Positions 45,776 through 58,880 are shown, counted from the stretch's first letter. The stretch: DNA of 64,000 nucleotides from Laetmonice hystrix (GCA_965235115.1 OZ249440.1:33668001-33732000); one strand, 5' to 3'. The notes: generated from the letters alone by a model not told the origin. Translations and numbers: made by a program.

Positions 45776-48700
45776 GCCCTCTTCGTCATTTGACGATCTG
45801 AATTTGGTTTGTCGGCAGCCCTGTCCTGTCCATACCCCCATGGGACACATGTTATTCGAAACCTAGTATCTCGAAAACAGAGTGCGAATGCTTCACAGGG
45901 TTTGTTTTATTTGAATCCTGACACATTTCTGCAAAAATCATTGTATGACTTACTCCTATTTGAGGAAAAAAAAAAATTGGACCAATTTGCAAACCACTGG
46001 GTACCCTGATTGTGACTGAGCCGTGTGGTCTCGGACCTTGCAAGCCATAGATATGACAGAGATTCCACAGGTTTGGGCGCATCACAACTCGCGTGCCGTA
46101 AATTGTCGGTATTCGGCCTAACGCGGGATTGTTCATCGGGAAAGATGGATAATTTCCGAAGATTTGCAGTCTTGATCGTTCTCAGCAGCGGCAACACATT
46201 CAGTTTTGCAGTATTTATGAAATCATATGACTTTACTAGCTTGCATCAACAAGACGAAATGACGTCATACGCCCAAAGAAATCCCGAGGGAATCCCTAGT
46301 GAGACAGCGCGTCCTTGGGACGAACGTTGACCTCCGTCTGACGATAAACAATGCCAATAGGAATGTCAACATCTAAAAAAGTATCTATAGAGACCTGAAT
46401 AGATTTGAGTGAGTGAGTGAGTAGTGGTGGTTTTCCGCCGTGCCGGCATCCGGGGCCATCTTCACGGCGAAAACAGGGTTAAAAGACCATGAAATGAAAG
46501 GAACCTATTTTATCCCGGGCCCCAACAGGAATATCATTAAAACACACTCCATCCTGTCAGCCCAACCGGGCTATCGACGAGCCTGAACTATAAAAGAGTC
46601 AGAAGTCCAGCTTCTGACAAAAACTCTAAAATCACTCCTGGTCTGACACTGTTAAAAAGATCCTCAAGACTTGTCTCACTATAAAACCGTTGTCTGATCA
46701 GAGTAAAATCACCACACTCAAGTAAAAGATGCTTCAGTGTCAAAGGACACTGACAGCCATGACACTCTGGAGGTGGCTTCCCCTTCAATAAAAACACGTG
46801 GGTTAATCTAGAATGACCAATCCTGCATCGAGTATAAACAATTTCATGCCTACGTTGGGTTAGGCGGTGAAGACACCTTTGGTTCACGACAGGACTGATC
46901 TGATACAATTTATTGTTTGGTTGTTCATCCCATTCAGCTTGCCATTTGTTCTTAATGTATGCCCAGATGGTAGGTCTGAGGTCAGAGGCTGGGATTGGAC
47001 ACAGTTCGACGTCTGTTTCAATAGCCCTCTTGGCAGTTCTGTCAGCTTGCTCATTGCCCGGGATACCAACATGGCCAGGCACCCAGCAAAAGTGAATATC
47101 AAAGTTTGCATTGACAAGCACTGCCAACTTGGACAATATTTGAACGATCACTGGGTGATCTGTGTTCAAGTTAGCAAGTGCATGCAGACAGGATAAGGAA
47201 TCCGAGAAAATGAGGAAATCCTTTTCACTAGAAACTTCAATATTTTGAAGGGCAAGAAGCAGGGCCCGGGCCTCTGCTGAGAAGATGGAACTTTGCCCTG
47301 AGATGCGAGTGCCGAAGTTGTGCTTGCCATGAACTGCAGCCGCAGACACATCACTGCCATCCTTTGAGCCATCTGTATAGAAGGCATAATGTGAGGGATA
47401 GCTTGCCTGGACGTCAAGAAAATGTTCAAAATATGTCAGGGGATGAGTCTCTGACTTCTTCAGCTGAGCCAACTGAAGGATGACGTCAGGCTTTTCCAGG
47501 TCCCAAGGAGGATGTTGCAAAAATGTGTCTGCCCCAGGAGGTTCAGATCAATATCCAGTCCCTCCAGATGAGGTTTCACCCTCAGTCCAAAAGGACGTAT
47601 GTACGTTTCCTTTCTTTCATATAAATGTTGGAACTGAGGGTGAAAAACGCAATTGTAAGCTGGATTTGAACTGTTTGTCCTGAGCTTGACTGCATACTGC
47701 AGAGCCAGCTTCAGACGCCTGTTTTTAAGCGATGGCTCTCGGGCCTCCACATAGAGGCTCTGAACAGGGGACGTTCTAAAAGCCCCAAGTGAATGTCGCA
47801 AACCCTGGTGGTGAACCGTGTCCAAAAGCCGAATGTAAGACTTACAAGCAGAACCATAAATTATGCTTCCGTAATCGAGCTTTGACCGGATTAAAGCTCT
47901 GTACAGTTGTAAAAGGACTGTACTGTCTGCCCCCCGTTTGTGCCAGATAAAACCTTGAGAATATCCAGAGCCTTAAGGCATCTGGATTTGAGTGATTTAA
48001 TGTGAGGGATAAAAGACAGCTTGCTGTCAAAAGTGAGTCCCAGAAACTTTGTCTCTTTAACGACCTTAATAGGATCTCCATCCATTGTCAACAAGTCAGA
48101 CAGGGTCGTGGCTACTCTGACATGAAAAGGTCTGTTGGATACAAACTGAGATATGAAAATGGGCAAACGCCCCTTAAAACCCATGTCATGTAAATCTTTT
48201 AAAATGCCGTACTTCCATGTTGTGTCGTATGCCTTTTCAAGGTAAAAAAGGACGGCAACAACATGTTCGCGGTGGATAAAAGCATCTCGGATGTATGTCT
48301 CAAGTCTGATCAGATGATCCAGAGTACTTCTTCCTCGCCGGAAGCCACACTGAAAATCAGTGATGAGTTGTTCAGATTCAAGCTTCCAGACGAGGCGATC
48401 ATTGATCATTCTCTCCATGGTTTTGCACAGGCAACTTGTTAAGGCTATTGGTCTGTAATTGTTAGCTTCACTATGGTCTTTTCCTGGTTTTGGGATGGGG
48501 ATGATTATTGCTTCTTGCCAGGAAAGGGGTACATTACCAGATATCCAGATATTGTTGAAAATGTGAAGAAGAATGTGAAGGGTGGTGTCAGGTAGATGTT
48601 TTATGAATTGGTAATGTATTTTGTCAGGTCCAACTGCAGTGTCATGTGATTTTTTAAGTTAGCATTTGAGTTCTTCCATCGAGAAGAGCTGGTTGTACCC

Positions 48701-48921
48701 TTCTGTGTTTTCAGAATGGAACGTTAGTTTTTGTTTTTCATTTCGGGCACGAATGGCTTGGAATTGAGGAAGGCAGTTCCTGGAGGAGGAGTTGGTTTGA
48801 AATGTTTTAGCTAGTTTGTTTGCTATTGCATCTGTGGTGGTTAGTAGGGTGTCTTGATGTTTTAAGTGTTGGACTCCAGTACCACCTCCCTGGACTCCAG
48901 TACCACCTCCCTTGCCTTTAA

Positions 48922-49989
48922 AGCCAAATGCAACAATCCAGCTACCTTATACCTTCCCATATGCCTTATACAATAAAGAATAACATCAGCAATAAATGCA
49001 GGTCAATAGGTTTTACATAAACGAGAATGCCAACCTTAAACTACGAGTACCGTACCTCTAGCCGAGAATTGAACTCAGCGCCATTTTACATCACATTATC
49101 ACATGGGAGATTGATTCAGCCAATCAAAAACAGTCAGGTCACCCGGAAGTGTGACGTCGCCAGAGCCGCGAGTTTCAACCAGGTGTCAGATCGGGTGAGG
49201 ATACAAGGTAGTCAGAGAGTCTAGACTGAGAGCTGCGAGTAAGATTATCCGTGTCATAGTACTAGGAGACCGATCAGCAGGTCTAACCACACCACTGACT
49301 TGGTGCTGATCCTTCGTGAAGATATGCCTGGGTGTGCTAGCTGAACGGTAGCCCGACGCTTTGACAGTGGCAGTGCACGCCATGTCCCCGGCCGTAGACT
49401 GCCGTAGTCTGTCACTACTGTCAGACTCCATCCATGACCCAACCAGTGTACATTTCATTCTCTAGTTGACAATTCTCCGTATAAATAATAGCTTTCAGCC
49501 ACCATTTCATGCGTTGGAGGGTATTGCGACGAATTTCTGTTCGTTTAAGCGCCCGGTAAGAGATTTTTCACTACGTTGTCGATCGACCAAGACTCGAGAC
49601 TTGAGACTCTTGACCACCGGACTCGGGTGTCGGGTGAGGCATGGAGCCTGGGACAGGGCACGCATGGGACATGAAGTCATGTAATCGACATGGGCCGAGA
49701 TAACCATGGTCCGAGTTCACCAGTAACCATTATTGTACATAGTGTCCGTGAAGATGGTTGACCGACACAGTGATGGGGGAATGGGGTAGGCTCTAGGAAC
49801 GCCATTTTTTAAGGTCTCACGGCAGTGAATTTCGGCAAGATGGACGCAGTGAGCAAACGGGCAACTGTCAGTTTCTATCGGGGATTACTTTTAACACACA
49901 GACTTTGTGGGAATTAGATGGTGGCAGGTAAAAGGCACTATACCATGGTTATCCATGGGCCCTATTGCTAGTGGCGGTTTCGGATCGCT
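48922..49989. mobile_element. 1068-bp TTAA-specific non-coding DNA element (Kolobok- or Crypton-like)
   Basis: Nimb sequence cttgcctTTAAgttt is split with TTAA duplicated (48918-48921, 49990-49993); ends AGC...GCT with only weak further TIR. Confidence 0.75.
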
Positions 49990-50272
49990 TTAAGTTTCTG
50001 CATCATGTTCCAGAATTTTTTGATAGGAGTACGAGAGGTCAGGCTGGAGACGTAGTCTCTCCAGCTCTGCCTCCGACTCTCTTTGCAGATACGGCGTGCC
50101 CTTGCTCTCATAATTTTAAAATTAGTAAGGTTCACTGCAGTTGGATGCGTTGGAGGCGTTCTGCTTTCTTGCGGTCTTTAATTGCCTGCTTGCAGTCTTC
50201 ATTAAACCATGGATTTTAGACATGTTTGGGAATTGTCGAGGTTTTAGGAACTCTCCTATCTGCAATGGAGAT

Positions 50273-50832
50273 GAGTGAGTGAGTAGTGGTGGTTTTGCGC
50301 CGTGTCGGCATCCGGGGCCATGTTCACGGCGAAAACAGAGTTATACGACCATAAAACTAAAGGAACCTATTTTATCCCGGGTCCCAACGGGAACACCACC
50401 AAAACACATCTATAAAAGAGTCAGAAGTCCAGCCTCTGACAAGAACTCTAAAATCACTCCTGGTCTGACATTGTTAAAAAGATCCTTAAGACTTGTCTCA
50501 CCATAAAACCGTTGTCTGATCAGAGTAAAATCACCACACTCAAGTAAAAGATGCTTCAGTGTCAAAGGACACTGACAGCCATGACACTCTGGAGGTGGCT
50601 CCCCCTTCAATAAAAACACGTGGGTTAATCTGGAATGACTAATCCTGCATCGAGTATAAACAATTTCATGCCTACGTTGGGTTAGGCCGCGAAGACACCT
50701 TTGGTTCACGACAGGACTGATCTGATACAATTTATTGTTTGGTTGTTCATCCCATTCAGCCTGCCATTTGTTCTTAATGTAAGCCCAGATGGCAGGTCTG
50801 AGGTCAGAGGCTGGGATTGGACACAGTTCGAC
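50273..50832 (-). mobile_element. 5'-truncated Nimb LINE (type B) inserted into the older Nimb
   Basis: 11-bp TSD GCAATGGAGAT at 50262-50272 and 50833-50843; (GAGT)n tail. Confidence 0.93.
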
Positions 50833-50866
50833 GCAATGGAGATTAAAAGCGAGGTAAAATCATCCA

Positions 50867-52591
50867 GTGAGTGAGTGAGTAGTGGTGGTTTTGCGCCGTG
50901 TCGGCATCTGGGGCCATATTCACGGCGAAAACAGAGTTATAAGACCATAAAACCAAAGGAACCTATTTTATCCCGGGTCCCAACGGGAACACCACCAAAA
51001 CACATCTATAAAAGATTCAGAAGTCCAGCCTCTGACAAGAACTCTAAAATCACTCCTGGTCTGATATTGCTAAAAAGATCCTTAAGACTCGTCTCATTAT
51101 AAAACCTTTGTCTGATGAGAGTAAAATCACCACACTTGTTCATTTGTGCCGTCAGCGGGATCAGGGTAGGTCACAGGTTTATCCCCCTTGACCCACACCA
51201 TCTCCGTTTGACAAGCGAAAGTCCGTGTGGTAGGCTTAACAGCGGCAGCATAGGTTTTAACTGTTGGTGGAAGCAGATATTGCTCCACCAATTTGCGTGC
51301 CTCTGGGAAACTAAGTTTTCTCTCTGTTTTAACCTTCAGGATTTCTTTCTCCTTTTTCCACACGGAACATTCGCGTGAAACAGTGGAATGACCTTGCCCG
51401 CAGTTGGCACATTTAGCAGGCTTTTCAGAGCTTGTATGGTCATGTCCTGTTTCAGCGCACTGAGAACATTTTTGTTCATTTCTACATGAGTCGGTCCCAT
51501 GCCCAAACCTCTGGCACTTAAAGCAACGCAGAGGATTCGGGATATAGGGATCGACTTTTACCTTTAGAAAGCCAATCTCGAGTTTATCTGGTAGAGTGGG
51601 CCTGTCGAATGTCAGAAAATATGTGTGTGTCTTTATGGTGTTACCATCTCGTTTCACTATCAATCTTCTGTCTTCCGACACACCTTGCCAGCTCAACCCA
51701 GCAAGGATCTCCTGTTTAGTTGTCGTGTCAAGAGAGTTGCCCTTGCTGGAGTTGAGCGTCCGGTGACAAGAGGCCTTAATACTGTAACCTGCGAGTACTG
51801 TGGCACTCAGCAGGTTGGCAGATTGGGCCTTCGTGGCACACTCTACCAACAGTTGGCCAGACCTCAAACGTTTACAATCTTTGACTGTTCCAGCTATCCC
51901 CAATATGCCTTTATGTATGGCAAAAGGGGATAGCTTAGATACTGGTCGTTCAGCTTCTGCCGATTCAACAATGATGAAACGAGGCCATTCCGTCAAATGT
52001 TCATTCTCCATAGACCGGTCCGAGTCAGAGTCCGTTAGTTTCAGTAGTTTTCTTTTGGGGGGTTTGTTTGATGCCGTGTTTGTGTTAGAGTGTTTCACCA
52101 ACCCTATTCCCCACCCTCCACGGAGCCCAACAAGGGGAAGTGCAGAGCTGCGGTAACCAGCAGTTGCAAACCAAGGATATAGGGTTGGTATACTCAAGCA
52201 ATGGAACGAAAGAGGGTGTTGCCATTACTTGATTGACCCTAAGCCACCGCCTTCTAGGAGTAAAGAAGAAATAGTTACGATAGATGTTGCCTATTGTACA
52301 AGAGAATTAAATTCACTGTAAAGCGTACTCAATACAAAAAATCCTAGGGCAAGGCGTGACCAGCCGATTAATTGGATCGGGCCTCTCCAACCTCCCGTCT
52401 AGGTGAAGTAGGAGCCAAACCACCGTGTTGGACCTGTGAAAAGCCGCAGCAATTCACTGTCCTCAGGTACCAGGACCTCTTCCTCCACCGACACGAGTCG
52501 CGACTCACGGCAAACAAGTCGCCCCATTTATTCGCCTCTTACGAACAGCCAGGGGGGCTGGGGAACATTCTTACCCCGGTCCCCATGGGGG
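50867..52591 (-). mobile_element. Nimb 5' UTR + most of ORF1 fused to a type B 3' end
   Basis: 52591-51134 matches 11369-~12835; at ~51134 joins the last ~270 bp of the element; ORF 51127-52197. Confidence 0.88.
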
Positions 52592-52999
52592 GATATTGGT
52601 AGCAAATTATAGATAGATGTAAGCTTTCTGCGTCCATGAAATTTACTTTTGTCTTTCCCACCAGAAAATAGCATGGCTCACAGGAATATGGATTACGTAC
52701 AATACAAGGTCTTTAAACATACTGATTGCCGTTCGTTTACACAATTTTTGATACATTATGTATACTGTTGACATAGATCCTAGACGAAGCACAAGATGCA
52801 GATGAAACGATCATCATATCAGCAGTAGAAGACAGTGAAGAAAGCTTCAGATTCCTGAACGAACTGGATCAGCAGCTCTATTCCGCCAACAAACAGTACT
52901 TCCTGGCTCAGGGCTCTTTCTTTATACATATAGTTGAAGACAGGACCAGGAACATAATATAAGGAAAACTATTTCATTCATGATATCGTTGTTTTATCT

Positions 53000-53580
53000 T
53001 CTACAGGCGGTTGCAGGTCCATCCACTCCGAGACAGAAGATGGATTAAAAAGAGTGCAAGGTGCTTTAAAAATATTTTTCTTCAGTCAGGGAGATACCTT
53101 CACAGTAGCTAAAGTCGCTAACTTAATTTTATTTCATTTCTATATTCATTAAAAGAAGCGTCCATCCACTTCAAGAGAGAAGATGGATTAAGAGTCGCAG
53201 ATCGTTTCAATATATTTTTCTCTTCAGTCACCGAGATGTCTTCACAGTAGCGAAAGTTGCTACCTTAATTTTATTTTGATTCTATATTCAGGAAAGGCGT
53301 CCATCCACATCGAGAGAGAAGATGGATTAAGAAAAGAGTCACAGATGGTTTGGATATATTTTTCTCTTCACTCGGAGAGATCTCCGCAGGTCGCTACCTT
53401 AATTTTATTTTGTTTCTGTATTCATGAAAGGTGTTCATGCACTGGTCCATCCACTTCGACAGAGAGATGGATTTAAAAAAAGAGTGCCAGATTATTTAGA
53501 TATATTTTTCTCTTCAGTGTGGGACATCTCTTCACAGTAATGGAGGTCGGTACTGAAATTTTATTTCATTTCTAATGTGG
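53000..53580 (+). repeat. Four diverged ~140-bp tandem units
   Basis: gtccatccact..gagagagaagatggatta...atatttttc...cagt...gtcgctaccttaattttattt at ~53017, 53160, 53299, 53445. Confidence 0.75.
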
Positions 53581-54042
53581 AGTTCCAGCCCGCTGATCAC
53601 CAACCACCCTCCCGCCTTTGACACGACTCCCAGTCCCGAGGTAAACAATGACTCCCCATGACGTTTAAATCCTTTGATCTTCCTACCTGACCACACAGAT
53701 GTGTGAATTTACATGTCCGGTGACCTTTCCCATCCATTAGGATAAGTTTAACGACTCGTTTAGTGGGTAAGAGTGACTGAACCAGCACTATTGTGCTTTG
53801 TTACTGATTTGACGATGGGCGCCGCCATCTTGGATCTCCGGCCGAGAGCCGTGATGTTGACAATTCCATGCGCGTACCTAGCAATGACTAAAAGCATTAA
53901 ACAGGAACCGTCATTGATGTGTTAAAATGTGGAATACACATGTCTTATTTAATGCACATAATACATTCCAGGCTGCTCACGGGGGGAAAAATTTCCACAA
54001 GCACTTTATAGCCTTTTTCTTGCAAAATGGACACAGAAAGGT

Positions 54043-54335
54043 TTTTTTTTTTTTTTTTTTTTAAGGAGTCATGTTTATTCATCTACAACACGGGTATACA
54101 TTTGACAAATTACAATTGTATTCGATCTGGCGTACAGACGGAAAAGTTACAGAAAAGAGGGTGGTAAATTATAACTTGTCAAAAATTAGATGGAATTTGT
54201 TAAATGGTTCCATATTGTTCTCTTTTATACAAGTGTTTTTCATAATGTTTAACCGAGTTTTAACCAGAGAAAGGTTCAAATGGTGCGCGAATTATGTTAA
54301 TGAGATTTTGACGTCAAATCGAGAACACAACCGAG
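54043..54335 (-). mobile_element. Short 3' end of a poly(A) LINE
   Basis: T-run at 54043-54062 preceded (on minus) by AATAAA; frame ending ...KTRLNIMKNTCIKENNMEPFNKFHLIFDKL*. Confidence 0.5.
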
Positions 54336-55722
54336 AGGAAAATGGCGGCCACAGTGGTAAACACGAGTGAGGACAGTACTAGTGCACTCCTCCTCCTCGT
54401 TTAGGTCCTTGTCTAACTTTGAAGATTTTGTGCTACCGTACCAGAGTAGCAGGATAAGACTGAAGTCAGTAAAGATTATCACCAACAACAGGCAGAACCA
54501 CTGCAGTTTGGGCCGTACATCACGGTTCGAACCTGATCGAGGCCGGTGGATGGGGCAGTGTTACTGGCTGAGGGGGCATGGCCGGACTAGTCTGTCAACT
54601 GCATGCAGTTGCTGACGGGGCCTGTCCACCAAGTCCACCAAATAGCGGAAATTACACAAATTCTGATTGCTCTTTCGATCAGATAACAAGTTTAAGAATA
54701 ATTATTGTCACCAGTCGGCATGAAATCATCGCCGATGACGATGCGTTTCCATGCTTTGTTTACAAACACCGACCGATCCGTGGCCACACACACACTGGCT
54801 GCGTTCGGATGGGCTGTTCTTGATGTTCCTGAACACTTCAGGAACATGTTCCTGGTCATCCAAACAACAAAGAACATGCACCTGGAACATGTTCTTCATA
54901 GCACCATCCAAACACCGAGAACTATAACCTTAGTTACAAAATGGCTGCACCCAGCAATGATGAATTGAACAATTATCTGGTGATGAATCACTAGGCCTTA
55001 TAGTTCTTTTAAAATGTGACAGCGTGATGCCTTTGGTAGTTGTTTTAGGATTTTTTTTTGAGAGGGGGGGGGGTGTAGTGTCTTTGGGGTCCGCCTATTC
55101 CCTACTCCCACACACACACGACCACGCTGTCTTGGATGCTCTGGATATCTCCTCCCTTTATTCCCCTAGGGGGCGTAACCTGCATACAGGCAACACTGCC
55201 ATCTGGTGTAAACACACCGAACAATACTAGTACACTACAATCTCTCCTCCTTTTAAAAGTCGGAGACAGTAAGTTAAACATGACTATCAAAAACGCGTGT
55301 GTCTACATGTAACTGTCAGAATGAACAGTTTCTTTTACAAAACTAGACTTTACTCTTTGGCATCAGTCAGTAAATAAAAGATCTATCTCTATACTATTAC
55401 TCTTCCTCAGGAAGTGTCACTTGGTCAGTCATAAGTATAATCCAAGAACTTAAATCACGACTTTCATGGTTAATCAGGTTTCGGTCCACACAGCACCATG
55501 CCTGATGAACACTGTCCATCTGGCTCAACATATTTGCATTACTAAACATGAAAAGTAATAATTGCACTTAAACGTTATGTGCCCAAACAAGAACCAAGTA
55601 GACTACTGGTCTTGACAGAATGCATGGTTAAGGGATTATTCTGCCCTTCAGAACGGTTGTACCTGCTTCTGTAATTTGGATCAATTACTGTGCTGGTGCA
55701 TACATAGAGTTGTCTAAACTAT

Positions 55723-58677
55723 CTACTGCACAGTGACTTGGAAGTCATGCAGCTGCCTGGGAAGTTGACCACGGCTGACCCTCCTGGGGTATCTGCGGTC
55801 AGGCGCCTGGTGACCTTCTCTAGCCACGTCTGGTGCTTCGTCCAACGCCTCATCCCCACCACGAAATGCTGTGTCCTCTTCTCTTAAGGAAGCGTCATCT
55901 TCATCGGAAGATGTGGTTATGGGTCTCTGAGCCCGTATGCCCTTGAATTTGCTCGAATTTCTGGTGACTTTGTGGCCTCCCCTCTGAGCCGTCACCATGG
56001 ACCCTTTTTTCTCAACAATCACATAAGGGTATGGTACATAGTGAGAGTCCAATTTCCTCTGTCTTGGGCCTTTGTTCACTAGAACTTTGTCTCCCACTCT
56101 AAGTGTTGACTCCTTCGTCCTCCTCCTTCTGTTTGCATGCTCCTTCATTTTGTCTTTTGCCACTTTGTCGTTGCTCCGTATCTGCTCGTCGAGCACGCGT
56201 CGCTTGTCCGTCTGCTTGTCTCCACTGGAGGCTTGTCTGTCAACCTCCAATCTGACTTCTGGAAGTTTCGTGCGCATGGGGCGACCATATAGGGCTGTGT
56301 ATGGTGCAACCCCAGTCGAGCAATGTGGCGTAGCTCTATAGTTGCACAGAAAACTGTAGAGTTCCTGTCTCCAGTTTTTGTTTTCAATTTCTGCACATCT
56401 GATGACTTTTCCTAGCACTCTCATAAACCTTTCCACTTCTCCATTGCTTTCTGGCCATGCTGGTGTAACCCTGCGATGATGTTTTCCTAGGCTCCGCATG
56501 TATTTATCCATGTCATTTGAGTTGAATGGTGGTCCATTATCACTTCTCATTATCTCCGGGATCTGGTGCCTGGAGAATGTGGCATCTAGTTTGGGTATCA
56601 CCGCTGCTGCACTGGTTGACCTCACTATCTCAACCTCTGGGAATCTTGAGTAATCATCCCATAAGACCAGTAAATATTCTCCCGATTGCATTGGCCCATA
56701 GAAATCAGCAGATAATTCTTGCCATGGACCTTCTGGCAGTTCGCTCATCTTCAGTGGTTCCCTGCTATGCTGTGGCACATTTGCCTGACATGCGATACAG
56801 GTTTTGACCTTGTCCTCGACCATTTGATCTATGGCCGGGAACCAAACCTTCTCTCGGACCATGGCCTTCGTTTTCACAATTCCTTGGTGCCCTTCATGGG
56901 CTATGTCCACGGCCCTGTTTTGTAGCGACCCTGGCACTACAATCCTCGAGCCTCTCAGCACTATGTCTCCGTCTGTGTTGACACACAGTTCCTCCTTTAC
57001 GGCCTTGTAGGACTTGAGCGCAAATGAACCTCCTGACCACTGGTCATTACGAATGCATTCAATCACTCTCTGGAGGATATCATCATCTCGAGTAGCTCGC
57101 CTGATGTCGGCTACTGTGATCGCCGCGGGAGTGGCGTGATCAGCTATAAAGTTAATGTACTCCTCAGCCACTAGTTCCTGTCTGCTGGACAGCATTGTTG
57201 ACTTGTTTGGGTGTCTGCTGAGGTAATCGGCTGGATTATCCTTCCCTGGGCTGTATATGATCTCTGGCTGATAAGGTTGAAGCCTGAGAGCCCACCTTTC
57301 CATCCTAGCGGATGTTTTGGATGTCGGGTTGTTGAATATGAACGTCAGTGGTTTATGATCGGTGAATACCTTAATTGGTTTACCGTACACATAGAGGTGG
57401 AAGTGCTCACACCCCCACACTATGGCCAAAGCTTCTCTCTCAGTCTGGGAGTAGCGCTGTTCGACCTCCGTCAGCGCTCTGCTGCCATATGCTATTATGT
57501 TTGCCTCGCCATTCCTGTTACGTTGGATCAGCAGGCCCGCTATGCCGACCGCACTGGCATCTACGATCAGCTCTGTATCCATCTCTGTGTCAAAATATGC
57601 CAGAACAGGTGCCTCCAGCAGTTCAAATGACTTTTGCTGGTCTTCACTCCAGACCCATACTGCATTTTTCTTGACTAACTGCCGAAGTGGCTCCGTCAGT
57701 GTTGAGTAGTTTGGGATAAATCGACTGCAAAATCCCAACATCCCAATGAGACTCTGTACTTCACTGCTGTTCCTGGGAGCCGCCAGGCTCTGTAGGCACG
57801 CCAGTTTGTCAGGGTGAGGGCTCACGCCGTCCTCGCTGAATACCATGCCATAGAAATCCAGTTTTGACACACCGTAAAGGCACTTTGGGAGATTTATGGT
57901 GAAGCCATCCTCATGCAACCTGTCCAGAATTCTGATCAACTTCTCATCATGATCCTGGCGATCCTTTCCTCCCACTATGATGTCATCCGAAATGTTGACT
58001 GTGTTAGGAATCCCAGCTCGGGTCTGTGACACAATGTCCTGAAAAATTTCAGCCGCCGAATTTATGCCGAAGCTGAGTCGTTTATACCTGAAGAGGCCTC
58101 GGTGCGTTGAAAATGTGGTAATATAGCGACTCTCAGTTGCCAGCTCCAGCTGCAGGTAACCTTTCCTGAGGTCAATTCGAGAAAATACTTTGCAGCCATG
58201 CAACTCACCCACCATGTCGTCTACTGTAGGCGTCACATGTCTCTCCCTCATGATGGCTTTGTTTGCGGCCCTCATGTCCGTGCACAACCTTACTTCCTCT
58301 GGTGCCTTTGGCTTGGGTGCTGGCACAATAGGGTTTACCCACGGTGTGGGCCCCTCCACCCTCTCGATGATGTCTTGTTCCAGTAACTGATCCAGCTCCC
58401 TGTCCACCTTCTCCCGCAAGTGGAATGGAACTCTGCGATGTGGCTGTGCTATCGGTTTAACTGAGTCATCAATGTGGAGCTTTATTTGTTTTTTGTTGTA
58501 TTTCCCAATGCCTGTGGCGATACCTGGAAACCTCCTTAGTATTTCCTCACCGGTTATCCTACCGGAGGGTGTCATATCCACGCTATGGGCCACCCGAATC
58601 AATCCAAGCTCTGAGCAGGAGTTGTATGACAGCAGGTTTCCTGACTGTCCCTTGATAATGTATATTGTGGTGACCAC
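55723..58677 (-). CDS. pol: Gypsy-2 Pol (RT, RNase H, IN)
   Basis: PTPWVNPIV, LCTDMRAAN, IDLRKGYLQ, ISDD, VDASAVG, YSQTEREAL, HEGHQG..CIAC, DFYGP, SDNGPPF, PESNGEVER. Confidence 0.93.
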   Translation of the reverse strand: MVTTIYIIKGQSGNLLSYNSCSELGLIRVAHSVDMTPSGRITGEEILRRFPGIATGIGKYNKKQIKLHIDDSVKPIAQPHRRVPFHLREKVDRELDQLLEQDIIERVEGPTPWVNPIVPAPKPKAPEEVRLCTDMRAANKAIMRERHVTPTVDDMVGELHGCKVFSRIDLRKGYLQLELATESRYITTFSTHRGLFRYKRLSFGINSAAEIFQDIVSQTRAGIPNTVNISDDIIVGGKDRQDHDEKLIRILDRLHEDGFTINLPKCLYGVSKLDFYGMVFSEDGVSPHPDKLACLQSLAAPRNSSEVQSLIGMLGFCSRFIPNYSTLTEPLRQLVKKNAVWVWSEDQQKSFELLEAPVLAYFDTEMDTELIVDASAVGIAGLLIQRNRNGEANIIAYGSRALTEVEQRYSQTEREALAIVWGCEHFHLYVYGKPIKVFTDHKPLTFIFNNPTSKTSARMERWALRLQPYQPEIIYSPGKDNPADYLSRHPNKSTMLSSRQELVAEEYINFIADHATPAAITVADIRRATRDDDILQRVIECIRNDQWSGGSFALKSYKAVKEELCVNTDGDIVLRGSRIVVPGSLQNRAVDIAHEGHQGIVKTKAMVREKVWFPAIDQMVEDKVKTCIACQANVPQHSREPLKMSELPEGPWQELSADFYGPMQSGEYLLVLWDDYSRFPEVEIVRSTSAAAVIPKLDATFSRHQIPEIMRSDNGPPFNSNDMDKYMRSLGKHHRRVTPAWPESNGEVERFMRVLGKVIRCAEIENKNWRQELYSFLCNYRATPHCSTGVAPYTALYGRPMRTKLPEVRLEVDRQASSGDKQTDKRRVLDEQIRSNDKVAKDKMKEHANRRRRTKESTLRVGDKVLVNKGPRQRKLDSHYVPYPYVIVEKKGSMVTAQRGGHKVTRNSSKFKGIRAQRPITTSSDEDDASLREEDTAFRGGDEALDEAPDVAREGHQAPDRRYPRRVSRGQLPRQLHDFQVTVQ

Positions 58678-58679
58678 AT

Positions 58680-58880
58680 GCTTTCCTTTTGACGCTACGC
58701 TGGGAGTGGTGCCGTTGAATTGTATGGAGTGATCCTCATACTGGTTTTGCTTAGTGAGATGTTAACTCCTTCCCTGGAGTAGTACTGCTGGTTGAGGTAA
58801 TTATAAGTCTCTTCATCAATCAGGTCACACGATGCACCTGTGTCGACAGTTACGGTAATTGGACTGCCAGCCACTGTGAC
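58680..58880 (-). pseudogene. Gypsy-2 protease, frameshifted and partly deleted
   Basis: VDTGASCDLIDEETY at ~58850-58805, followed by a stop before the pol ORF. Confidence 0.7.

Larger units (their letters stand above)
43110..45850. mobile_element. Non-autonomous DNA transposon remnant with TGTCCTGTCCGT(A)CCCC motifs, hosting Nimb insertions
   Basis: Motif at ~43115, 43272, 43291, 45822; inverted at ~43645. Confidence 0.45.
46406..50866 (-). mobile_element. Long decayed Nimb LINE (type A) with RT-core deletion, interrupted by a TTAA element and another Nimb
   Basis: RNase H ORF 46588-47520; RT pieces 47460-48418 lacking GVPQG..FVDD (deletion at ~48090); ORF2 sequence resumes at 49990-50272 and 50833-50866. 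Confidence 0.9.
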
